A stretch of DNA of 64,000 bases. It comes from Phoronis australis (lineage: Eukaryota; Animalia; Phoronida). Below are positions 52,100 to 63,222 of the stretch, in pieces. The DNA is taken from assembly GCA_002633005.1 (NCBI GenBank), contig NMRA01000790.1, positions 1-64,000 of the forward strand. The letters run 5' to 3'. The notes beneath the pieces are model-generated. The model was not told the DNA's origin and ran no database searches. It was given only the letters and a program-made list of their open reading frames with translations. Position numbers and translations under genes: made by a program. Position 1 is the stretch's first letter; every line of letters begins with the position of its first letter.

Positions 52100-52735
52100 A
52101 AGCATTTCTGACCACTGTCGTGCGATGTGGTCATACGTGGTATTCCTCAGTAAATGTTCGGTGTGGTTATCTAATTCTGCGTCTGTAGCAAAAAAATCGA
52201 CCAACCTTGCTGGGTACAAGGGAACTTTTGTTGAGGCTCTTCACTAGATGCAATGCCAACCTTAACTCTTCGTGTTGAAAACCCGCCATGTCTAGAGATG
52301 TGTATTTTAGAAAAATAGGTTTCCCATTTTCTCAGTATTTGTAAGAAATTACCGTCACCTACATGGAATGATTTCCACACGCAAATTCCTTGGGTGGAAT
52401 AGTGGGAATTGGGGAATGTGCTTATACCAGGAACTGAGTGTTTCGGAAAAGACTTTGTTGCATTGACTGAATATGCATACACATACATGTAACATCCCTT
52501 CACACGGCCACTGGAAAGTAATGCATCTTTCAAATCCAGAAAGTTTATGATATTGTTATCTTCGGCTACAAAGTACTTCGCATGTTGTTTGAGTGGAGCA
52601 GTCTTGCGATCACAGAGATTCTTTCCATTCTGACTGTCACTAAAGTCATATCTCGAAACAGAAATGCCGGTAGAATGTGACAAGGCAGGAGGAGAGGATC
52701 AGAGTGGTAACATCCAGCATAACCTGACTCTTCCA
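52100..52735 (-). pseudogene. Sola3 transposase fragment
   Basis: SGYAGCYH (degenerate SDNAGCYH), then RYDFSDSQNGKNLCDRKTAPLK and a later C...GW...F...ELDNH zinc-finger-like part. Frameshifted. Confidence 0.75.
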
Positions 52736-55653
52736 TCACTGGTCCTGTTCAATCAGAAATTCACCGACTCGGGGTAGTACGAATCCGTACTCTGGCACAG
52801 GCCTTGCTTTGTGAGGTACTTTCCTGTATTTCAAATGTTCAGTGGTGTCTTTGACATGACTCACTAAAGCCCAAAGCTTTTGTGATAGTATTTTTTGCAG
52901 AATAAACTCTAAAGGGACATGAAGTTTGTTCAAATGGTCTGTAAACTCTGCTCGTCATTTCCAAACCATTAAAATAAACAGTTTTGCAAGACAATTTTCA
53001 CTAAAGTGTAAACTTGAGGCAAGATTTTTTATTGCTCAGTCATCAAGACTAACTCTTTAACTGTATGTTCTAAACGTCCCATAAGGCTACAAGGTGTTTT
53101 ATGGCATTAAGAAGGTCACAAAAACGGCCACTAAATTAGCCCCAAAATGTGGTTTGGGGATTATCTCCCCTGTCTAGCACAACTCTCAGATTTTAATAAA
53201 TGGCACAAAATTATGCAAGGTATACGTTGGTTATTTCAGCCACCAAAATATAGTTTTTGATCTATTTTGTATGTTACTCAATTTTGTTGCTGAAAACAAT
53301 ACGATTTTTGAGACGGCTAATATGCCCAATTGTGCCACTTTGTGTTCTCATGCTCCAACGGCGAAATTAGGGGTTATTGAGTGCACAGAAATTGGCATTT
53401 GGGTTTTTGTTAGGATGCCTACCCATGTACAAAAATTAAATTGTTTTGCATTTTGACTTATAGACTGATTTTTGAAAATCTACTGTTTTTTATATGGACT
53501 GCCTCTTAACTGATTTGGCTTGGACCCAGATGTCCAGCTTTGTACCCTCATGACCTGCTTTTAATCCAATTGTCCCGTGCTTTCGTTCTTGAACGTTGAC
53601 CGTGACAGCTACGCAATAGGTGTCCAAAATAAAAATGTCTCTTGTAATAAATATTGTTTTCAAGAGTCCACTTTCTTTAGTACATTGCAATCAAAAAATT
53701 AAGTTTTGTTCCACTGGGTCTTGTTTACGCTAGCATGCACTACATACATCAGGATCAAAAACATATATTTTCTGATGGAATTAGTTGATTTCTAAGCTTT
53801 TTTGAAATACCTGCACTACAAATAGCGTGATGATTTATTCACATTACACGTACCTTTCAAAACTACGTGATGGATTCCGCACACTTTCTGTTGTTTAGAA
53901 ATACTTTAATTCCAAATTCAGGATAGAATCTTGCAACAGATTATGGTATTTTTCGTAAATATTACTGCATTAAGAATATAATATGGTGTCAAACCGCTCC
54001 AAAATGCAATTAGTTATAACATATTAACATGTATAATTTTGGATGAATGCCTGACTAAATCATCCATAGCAATGTGACGGATTTATTTTCTTAATCGCTT
54101 GTGTTTGTAGGGTAGACATCTTTTGAATCAGGTGTAATGGCTTTGCTGTTTATTTTTATAAGACCTTTCTGGTTTATTTCCAATTTTATGTTAATATTTC
54201 TCGCTGCTATTTTTCATATTTTGGCAACACTCTTGGTTTTTAGAAATAATAAAAAATAATTTAGTCTCGTACTCAAAATGATAATTTATGAATTAATTTT
54301 TGCTTCTGGTATAATCGTCAAAAATGACTATGGGCTTTCTTGTGATGTGGCAATTTGGTTGAAAAATGATGGAGTTGCAAAAAGTTTTAATGCCACACAC
54401 AGGAGCAAAGGAATGCAAACAACTCTCACGCAGGCGCAGCGTGCAACCTCAGCGGCTGTGAGATTGGGGTTGGCATTTCAGGGAAAATTTTCTTTGTATT
54501 GCAGTAGCACTATTATAGCAGATTTGATTTTAACATTTGCGTCTAACCGATGCGTGGGCGTTGGTGACCCTGCCTGTCCAAAAAAACAGGATTTTTCGCT
54601 AGTAAATAACCATTTGTATGAAATGTATTCATTTAGTGGTCCCAGTTAAACAAACGTGCTTTTGATACAATAACGATCTAAGTCCCATTGGATGCATGAC
54701 GCATTATGCCCTACAAGGCATTTTTGAACTGGCAACTATAAATATTTCTTTCCCTAATTGGATTACAATCGACACAGTGTCAGGATTTTAATTTTCAACT
54801 TCTTTTCTTGAATTATTTTCATTGCTTGAATGGCAAAATTCATTCGACTACAACACATTGCAACTACTGTATGTTGAGAGGCCTCAACCTCTACTGGTTA
54901 ACCTTCTTGAGCAACACAATTGGGCAACTTGACTTACATATACATGTAAGTGGACGTCCAATTACCAGAATGATTTTTATACCCTCTCAGAAAACAGTGA
55001 AATTTAGTAGAGCTGGGCTATTGGTAGCCACTTGGGAACTGTTTCCGTGACAACCATAGCGGGCTCACAATGCGCCATTTCAGATCACGTTCTCACGCCA
55101 TTTTCTGTTTTCAATCACCATACTTGAACCAGAGCAGGCTCGCTTGTAGGTATGTCTTATGGGAAAGTCACTCAGCGAGGTAATAAGATTATAAAATATG
55201 AACAAAACAAAAAAATGCCTAAATTGCCACAGGTCGTGAGTCGAGGGAGCGTGAATCGGGAGGGGGGGTTGTCTAGGGGTGTTGTGGTCGAGGGGGTTGA
55301 GGGGACTTTAGAGAACAATCCGTAGAATACATGTATGTCCTAAAATACAAATGTCCGGTCATAATTACGCACAAATTTTGTAATCTTAAATGCAGTCCAC
55401 ACACAGGCCTATCCTAGAACAAGTAAATCCTGAAACGAGTTGCCGCTATCGTAGCTTGTAAAATGTGTGGACGCTATTTAAAGGCTAATGCCACCCGATT
55501 TAATTAGTCTTTTTTACCGTCTTAATCGGTCTGGGGCCACATCGGCTCGTACACGGTCGACCTTACCTTGTCGAGAGGTGTCGCGTTAGCCTGTGAGGAA
55601 GGTAAGAAAGTCCGCAGCGACGTCAGTGGTTCGTATGCAGAGTGAATTCCGCC

Positions 55654-56013
55654 ATGGTGTGGTGTGTCGTTCCTGCCTGTTCGAACTATGAAGCGGCGAG
55701 GAAAGCGGGTACATCGTTTTTTCGATTTCCTCGAGAGCCCGAAATGCTTCGGAAGTGGCTCGCGGCAGTGAAAAATGACAAGTACGGAGTTCATACCAAG
55801 TACGAGGCCGTGAAACATCTCCGTGTCTGTGGCCGACATTTCGTGGACAGTGATTTCACTGACGAATTCCGGCTTGCCAAACAGCTCATGCCAGGGCAGA
55901 AAAAGCAACCGAGGCTGAAGTCAGATGCTGTGCCTAGTGTGTTTGCGTTCGGCAGGCAGGAAGCAAAGAAACGTGGATCAGTTGTTTCCATTATGGTGCA
56001 GTTAGCGCACTGA
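55654..56013 (+). CDS. THAP-domain ORF (truncated Kolobok transposase)
   Basis: gccATGG Kozak context. MVWCVVPACSN...FFRFP...W...VCGRHF...LKSDAVPSVF is a complete THAP domain. It runs into antisense KolX sequence and stops. Confidence 0.8.
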   Translation: MVWCVVPACSNYEAARKAGTSFFRFPREPEMLRKWLAAVKNDKYGVHTKYEAVKHLRVCGRHFVDSDFTDEFRLAKQLMPGQKKQPRLKSDAVPSVFAFGRQEAKKRGSVVSIMVQLAH

Positions 56014-56200
56014 CACCATGAGACGGTTTTCGGAACTATCCATGTGCTCCATTGTTTGTGCACGTTCACGGCGCCTCTCTAATACTTCTTGATCAGTGTA
56101 CTCTAGCTGGTTCGAACTGATATCCTGAGAAAACTAACGATCTACCTGGGAAGTCTTCGTCAGATGAGTACTCCTCCAAGTCGGGATTGCGAGTTGCCAT
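55981..56200 (-). pseudogene. KolX: KolX 5' remnant
   Basis: MATRNPDLEEYSSDED...GYQFEP/EYTDQEVLERRR.../SWCQCANCTIMETT, with two frameshifts; truncated at the deletion junction. Confidence 0.75.
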
Positions 56201-56751
56201 GTTGACGTTTATTACTAAGCGTTCTGTTTCAAAATGAATTATTCTCACCCTAACCAATACTTATATATAAAACTGAAAGAAAGTGTGTCCCATTAGATGC
56301 AATTTGTAATGCCTTTGGAGTGTTCGTGAGTGCAAATGATTTGAGAAGCCAGCAATGAATAAATCACTGCGTTACCGGCTTTAGGTGCAATAAAACTAAT
56401 TTGACCGGACACCGAGGCCGTGTGAGCGCAAGCAATTCAGTGTTTGCTGACAGAATCTGTTGTGAAACAATAACTCGATATTCCATCCCACGGCCAGGTG
56501 TTAGGGGAATCTTTGTTTACTTATACATTATTCAAATAATGATTGTCAATGTGCAGCTTCTGCCCTGGCGGTTCTGTGGCCAAACGGGAACCTGAATTCA
56601 CGGCCCCCGACGAGCAGGCCTTAGTAGATTTGCAGTTTCGTGGCTTCACCAAAATAATCACGTGCACACTACTTCTTTAGCTCACTAGTATAGTACTTTC
56701 TTGACTTCAAGCTTAGTTTCCAACTTTGGCTGGTTAGTGTTCGTGATGTCT

Positions 56752-56860
56752 TCAGTCCGGTCGCGACGGGCCTGATTGGGTTCCGAGCCACTGGCCGGGA
56801 TAACGAGTCAGTCCGGCCGCGACGGGCCTGATCGGGTTCCGAGACACTGGCCGGGATAAC
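56752..56860. repeat. Two-copy GC-rich direct repeat, 56-bp period
   Basis: tcagtccgg(t/c)cgcgacgggcctgat(t/c)gggttccgag(c/a)cactggccgggataac at 56752 and 56808. Confidence 0.9.
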
Positions 56861-59800
56861 AAGCGTTTTTTGTGTTTAGAACTAAAAACACAAGTCTAAA
56901 CAACACAGATCTAGGTCCTACTGTCTGTATTTCACGGAAAAATACTTAGAATTTATCTCCGAACAGAACAAGAACTCCTGATACGGACCTTGGTAAATTG
57001 GACTGCCGAAATTTGTTGGCTACGGTGTGTCCAAATATCAATAAATCCGTAACAGTGAAATAAGACAACACGTTTTTATAAGAACTCGGTGTATTTTTAA
57101 GGGTTTTACATCGATGTTTGATCATTCATTGGTGTTAAACGATGAGTTCAAGCGATAAGCTGACACCAGTTACCCGTGTTGTGAACTGCTGAACAGACTG
57201 CGTGTGAAACCGATGACGTCAGTGGAAAATTTCATCACCTCCGTCTGCCGTCAGGTGTCAGGTAACGCAACCGTACGTGCCGCTATCGAGGAGAACTACT
57301 CGATCTAAATTGATACAAATTAGGTTGTTTTTTGGGTGGCATGCTCCTTTAAACTGTCTAATAAATTACCTCGCTACTTACTCCACGTTTTCGATGTAGG
57401 GTAACTAATGCTCCTACGCCGCTTTTAATCGTTTTGAGGTCGCAAACTATGGTAAAACGTAAGTAATTATTAGTTTCGTATTCTTGTCAGCTGTCCATTG
57501 TCATGCACAGTGCGACAACTCAGGTTCCGCCTTACCGTTGTTATCGAAAATCTGCGTGAATCTGTTTCTTCTCGGCTTAAAAGTCGGATCAGTTGCACTT
57601 GTGCAAATTATTATGGAATATACTGAGTGCAGGTGAGACTGTATGATCAGCAGATTTTGATACACTTTAAAACGTCAAAGTTTTCATCACGTCGTTATTC
57701 TGTTTTTTTAAAGTAAAGACATGCCAACGAAAGGATATAGCGCAAGTTATCTACAGTAACTGTGGTCCTAAAATCAGAACATCTCATTCACACGAAAGTT
57801 CTCGAGAAATTTGCAGTGCCATTCTATGTGAACTACCCATGTTGCGCATACTGTATATTCGTTCATACCATTAGTCATCCGTATTCTTCGGAGACCCAAT
57901 TGCCCCATGGGTAATGCAATGGCACATGAGAGAAATGCGAGAAATAAATTTTACTCGAGAATGCGTTGGATTGTTTTGCTCTATTATGTCTTACATCAGT
58001 CACAAATTCAGTGAGGTTCACCTTCTTTCCTCTCGTTCAAGTTATTATTTCCATCAAGTGTACTAAAATTACACGTGTAGGTCATGTAACCTCACTTAAA
58101 TGTGCAGTGATTGCTGCAATTTTTTCAATAGTACATCTAGGTTATAATTCTGTAAAAAATTACTAAACTTCCAAGGAGTTTTGTTCAACGGAGTTGAAAT
58201 CTTTAATTGTTAATTGCCTCTTCTCCAAGTCTGTTTTGAGTAGTGTTCATTACAACGGTTTAAACATGTAATTGCCAAGGATTATGTAACTTGTAGATAG
58301 CACGATTAAAGTATTGGATTTGGGACTGCATTGATCGAGATCACGTGTACATTTTGGATCTTGGCCACACGTCAACATGTTGAAGTGAGGACCTTGTACG
58401 GTTTCAGATGTGTCAACAGTTTTTGTTGAATCCACAATTTTTACATCAGTATGGGGCGTGCCATTTAGAAAATTAGGACTTTTCGAGTACCATGGGTCAT
58501 GTTTTTAGCCTTCTAGTGTGAAATCAATCATAGATATTTTACGATTTGTATGCAGCAGTGAATCTATGTTTGATGCAAGGGTCCCCTACATTGGGCAATT
58601 GCTAATAACCTGCAATCCGTGCAAAAAACGAGCTTTTTCCTTAAAACATTTACCGCTACAAAATTTGTGACAATTAGTTCTTCTCATCCCGCATGAGAAT
58701 TGTACACGTATTACAAGCTGAAGGCGTGAACGTATCACGAAGCAAAGCCATTCTCTAAGGGCATTACTGACCATTTGATGAGGAGGGACCTTACAAAAGA
58801 AAGCATGGACAATACATGGGAATGATGGAGTTGTGTGCATCATTGCAAATATTTATAGCGAGAGTAAAGTTAATAAAACTTTCGCGTTCAACTCCCAACA
58901 AGACAAGGACGTTCTGTAACATGATCTGAAGAGATTACAAAATAAATGTTCCGTCCTTGACATTATTGTGCGCCTTTTTATTCCTTCCACGTCCGTCTTA
59001 TCCCAAGTCTATGCCCATATTACATGATGCACGTTTCGCTGAAATCTGCCGTTGTTTTCAAATAAACCATCCCGCCGAGAAACTGTTCGTCATGAAGTCT
59101 GAACACTATGGGTTACATTATTAGCTTAGAGATTTTCATTTTGAGAATTTTTAAATAGCATATTTATACGTGATATCAGACCTAATTAACATTTTAAATG
59201 TTGAAAACCGATAATAAGCCTGATTTTAAAGGTTAAGAAGATAGCTTGCTTGAATATAACCCTACTTCATTGATATATTCAAATTAAAAAGTGTTGAACA
59301 TTAGTTGCACATTTGGCTCTCGACTGTGAAGTATCAAAGACAGATGACGACGGTATCGTAAAATTCGTATGAAATTCAATCCGGAAATTTTATCGACAAT
59401 ATTCTCATTCTTACAAATTAACAAGAGGTCCCACGACAGATCAAAAATGGGATAAACAATCTAAACATGTAGCAGTTACGTTATTAGCAATGGTAGGTAA
59501 ATTTCAGCAAACTTGAAATGACTTCTTCATTACTGTTTTTTGGTATTGTGACGTACTTTTGCAGTGAAGCCTTATTTTTTCAAAAAAAGTGATGGGAATA
59601 TGGGGCTGAAAGTGAGATGCAGGATGTTGTGAAAGTGGCAACACGCCATTGTTTAAGAATACTGATACTGTAATAAAACAGAAGCTGTATCAAATGGTTG
59701 TTGGTGGAAAATGAAATTTCTATATTTTTTGGGCGTACGTTGTTATAGTACTGTGGCGGCGAAGTCAAATCAATTTAAGCGATTAACTAACTTCTCAGAT

Positions 59801-60194
59801 TGGAATCGCAAAGTGCAAAGAAGGTCACCCGTTTCTAAAACAACCCAATCCTTCCTACATGTAATTCATTGTTGTTTTTGGTTTCGTCCTCGTCAGATAT
59901 TACATCCTACACTTAGCAATCAGTAACACCTGTTGAAGAAATTTTTCCTTTAGAAGGTGTTTTATTTGTGATTTTTTGCAAAATAAATTGTTTAAGCAAA
60001 CCTATAACTAGCACATTGGAATTTTTATGAATATGTTTGCTAACTTACTGTGTTCTATTGCGATGTTGGCGCAGGAATCGAGTAAATACCGTGAGCTAAT
60101 ATCTGTAAATGCAGCACACCCAGCAACGTCCATTAAAATGACTCCTTATTGATTGTAGTTCACCCTGACTCAATACCTATTTTCTAATTCACAG

Positions 60195-60308
60195 AATGGT
60201 TGTACCCCACTTCACGCAGCAGCACCAGAGAAACCATTCCTGTATTACTACCCAGAACGGGTAAAGTTGCTTCTAGATCACAAAGCTAACGTGAATGCAG
60301 TGGATAAG
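60195..60308 (+). CDS. Single-ankyrin-repeat exon E5 (38 aa, phase 0/0)
   Basis: taattcacag|NGCTPLHAAAPEKPFLYYYPERVKLLLDHKANVNAVDK|gtagga; 114 nt, open. Confidence 0.87.
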
Positions 60309-61988
60309 GTAGGAAACAGGTAGTGATGTGACAGGATTCAAACTAAAAACGACATACCAATCAGCCTGTTATATTTATCAATACTTTTTGTAGACATCAA
60401 TTATTTTAAGACGCTCTATATTGCTGCACAGTATAGTATGCCTTTGTACTTAATATTGGGAGCATTACTATATTACATCATCAGTTTAGATAAGTTTTTG
60501 AATGATGGAGGTGGGAGGTTAAATTTATTGTGACGTCATCATGTGGTTTATTGGAATATCTCCATCACAGTATATACCATTGGGAAACTGGTTCACCTAT
60601 AGCAGAATCACTGCTTTTTCAAGCTTGGAATATTTGGTTATGTTTCACTAGGCTTACCTTATAAACTTGCGTTCAGACAAACGATAGATTTACTTCATCA
60701 CTGCCTATCACTGGAAATAATCACAGTGATGAAAAGCATAAGGGCTGGATCAGTTCTTCCAGCGTCAGTCAGACGCGTTCATGTTTTTCAGGTGATGGGA
60801 TGTCCATTGTGAGCTTGTTATGCATATATATGTATGCAGTGGTACGACAAAATATAATGTGTTTCGTTATTCCATTACATGACAGAGTTTTTTACTGTGC
60901 TCTGATACTAGTCCTCAAGTTTCATTGTTTAATGCCAAGTTTGCTCACCTGATGGCTGCTTCAGTGGAGACTGGGTTGAGAGTAACATAAGACAATAGTG
61001 TTTTAGCATAGTATTTGCGACATAGAAAGAGTTGTTATAAATGATCAACAGTAATATTTCACATATACATGTAATAACATTTCGCATTAATTGGAAATTT
61101 CGGTCACAATGGATCTTAACATATGCGTTACTATTGGTCCAAAGCCTCAAAGTTCAAACAAGCTGTTCAAGTTGAAATGCTCAAAAGCATAATTTTGCGT
61201 CATAGTGGAACATTCACTATTTGTATTTTTAACTTGATTAAAAGTAAATGAATTCATAGTGGGTTTTCTTGAGCAAACAATCCTATGTGTGGTCAACAAA
61301 GTTAAACTGCTGTTATTCGGACGCTGCAGGACCACCTTCGTCATATAATGTTGACCTTTTTAGCACATACTCTTTTTACACTATGAAGTGTTCATGTATG
61401 TTAGGGATTAGGGAGTGGTTTGTATTTCGACTAAACCAGGGATCCGAGTCTTGCATGCTATCAGCGTGAATGCAAGCCTCAGCATTAAGTACAGTGTATG
61501 TTCCTAACAACTTTTGAATATTGAATATTCACTATTTCATTCTGCTATTTCTACACATTTTATCATGCTGTCGTTTCCATGTGGTTAAAGGGTGACCTGA
61601 GTGAGTGTTGTAATGTAACTTGATTATAATGTCAGTGGAACACTGGGCAACCCATAGCACTGCATCTTACTTAGTATTGTCACGCACTTGGGGAACTGTG
61701 TCCGTGACAACGATAGCGGGCACACAATGCGCCATTTCAGATCACGTTCTCACTCATTTTCTGTCTTCAATCACCAGACCTGAGCCAGAGCAGGCTAGCC
61801 TGTAGGTATGTCTTATTGGAAAGTCACTCAGCGAGGTAATAAGATTATGAAATATGAACAAAGTGTAAAAAATGCCTGAACTGCCACAGGTCCGTGAGTC
61901 GAGGAGGGCATGAATCGGGGAGGGGGTTGTCTAGGAGTGTTGTGGTCGAGGGGATGAGGTGGCTTTAGAACAATCCGTAGAATAAATG

Positions 61989-62315
61989 TACAGCACACAT
62001 CACGAATTTTTGGCCGACCGGTCGGAAATTGGTCGACGACCGGCCGTCGACCGGTCGGCAAATTAGCCGACCGGTCGGCTAAAAATTAGCCGACCGGCAG
62101 CCGCCCGCAGTGCCGACTCATAAAGCGACCCCACAGCCGACCCTTCAGCCGACCCTTTAGCCAACCGGCCATCAGGCGACCAGCTGGTCGGCTGCTATTG
62201 TTAGGCTAGAGTAGCAGTTGCGTAATAGGTTGTCAGGCTCATACCACTTTGCGTGTCGATGCATATTCGTCTTAGCACAGGGTCAAATAAATTAACCTAG
62301 TTTTGCTGTCTCGGT
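61989..62315. mobile_element. Terminus of a probable DNA transposon with palindromic subterminal repeats (possibly EnSpm/CMC-like)
   Basis: Paralogy with 55330 and 32890 stops at 'aatgta'. A cluster of GCCGACCGGTCGGC-type palindromes follows. The other end is hidden by or lies beyond the gap. Confidence 0.4.
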
Positions 62316-63222
62316 NNNNNNNNNNNNNNNNNNNNNNNNNNNNNNNNNNNNNNNNNNNNNNNNNNNNNNNNNNNNNNNNNNNNNNNNNNNNNNNNNNNNN
62401 NNNNNNNNNNNNNNNNNNNNNNNNNNNNNNNNNNNNNNNNNNNNNNNNNNNNNNNNNNNNNNNNNNNNNNNNNNNNNNNNNNNNNNNNNNNNNNNNNNNN
62501 NNNNNNNNNNNNNNNNNNNNNNNNNNNNNNNNNNNNNNNNNNNNNNNNNNNNNNNNNNNNNNNNNNNNNNNNNNNNNNNNNNNNNNNNNNNNNNNNNNNN
62601 NNNNNNNNNNNNNNNNNNNNNNNNNNNNNNNNNNNNNNNNNNNNNNNNNNNNNNNNNNNNNNNNNNNNNNNNNNNNNNNNNNNNNNNNNNNNNNNNNNNN
62701 NNNNNNNNNNNNNNNNNNNNNNNNNNNNNNNNNNNNNNNNNNNNNNNNNNNNNNNNNNNNNNNNNNNNNNNNNNNNNNNNNNNNNNNNNNNNNNNNNNNN
62801 NNNNNNNNNNNNNNNNNNNNNNNNNNNNNNNNNNNNNNNNNNNNNNNNNNNNNNNNNNNNNNNNNNNNNNNNNNNNNNNNNNNNNNNNNNNNNNNNNNNN
62901 NNNNNNNNNNNNNNNNNNNNNNNNNNNNNNNNNNNNNNNNNNNNNNNNNNNNNNNNNNNNNNNNNNNNNNNNNNNNNNNNNNNNNNNNNNNNNNNNNNNN
63001 NNNNNNNNNNNNNNNNNNNNNNNNNNNNNNNNNNNNNNNNNNNNNNNNNNNNNNNNNNNNNNNNNNNNNNNNNNNNNNNNNNNNNNNNNNNNNNNNNNNN
63101 NNNNNNNNNNNNNNNNNNNNNNNNNNNNNNNNNNNNNNNNNNNNNNNNNNNNNNNNNNNNNNNNNNNNNNNNNNNNNNNNNNNNNNNNNNNNNNNNNNNN
63201 NNNNNNNNNNNNNNNNNNNNNN
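62316..63222. other. Assembly gap (N run)
   Basis: Continuous Ns. Confidence 1.

Larger units (their letters stand above)
49474..53505 (-). mobile_element. Sola3-type DNA transposon, deleted and degenerate (4.0 kb)
   Basis: TTAA(49470-49473)|GAGTGACTCCATATAAAAA ... TTTTTATATGGACTGCCTC|TTAA(53506-53509). GAG...CTC termini with TTAA TSD. Empty site 'atttcaccttaaaatgttttggctt' in paralogs at ~20663 and ~27980. Confidence 0.85.
55482..57348 (+). mobile_element. Second Kolobok element, internally deleted and non-autonomous (1867 bp)
   Basis: TTAA(55478-55481)|AGGCTAATGCCACCC ... GGGTGGCATGCTCCT|TTAA(57349-57352). Contains a THAP 5' end (+) and a KolX 5' end (-). Absent from the paralog at ~33010. 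Confidence 0.85.
19560..61990. repeat. Mosaic of multi-kb paralogous blocks (segmental tandem duplications) around the ankyrin exons
   Basis: Approximate matches read by eye: 21500-23580~23896-25965; 21000-21730~29510-30262; 22230-23890~46265-47690; 25970-27990~47660-49470; 28550-29710~31405-32550~53810-55000; 32550-34122~55000-58490; 42095-44437~59398-61687; 61690-61990~55030-55335. Confidence 0.85.
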
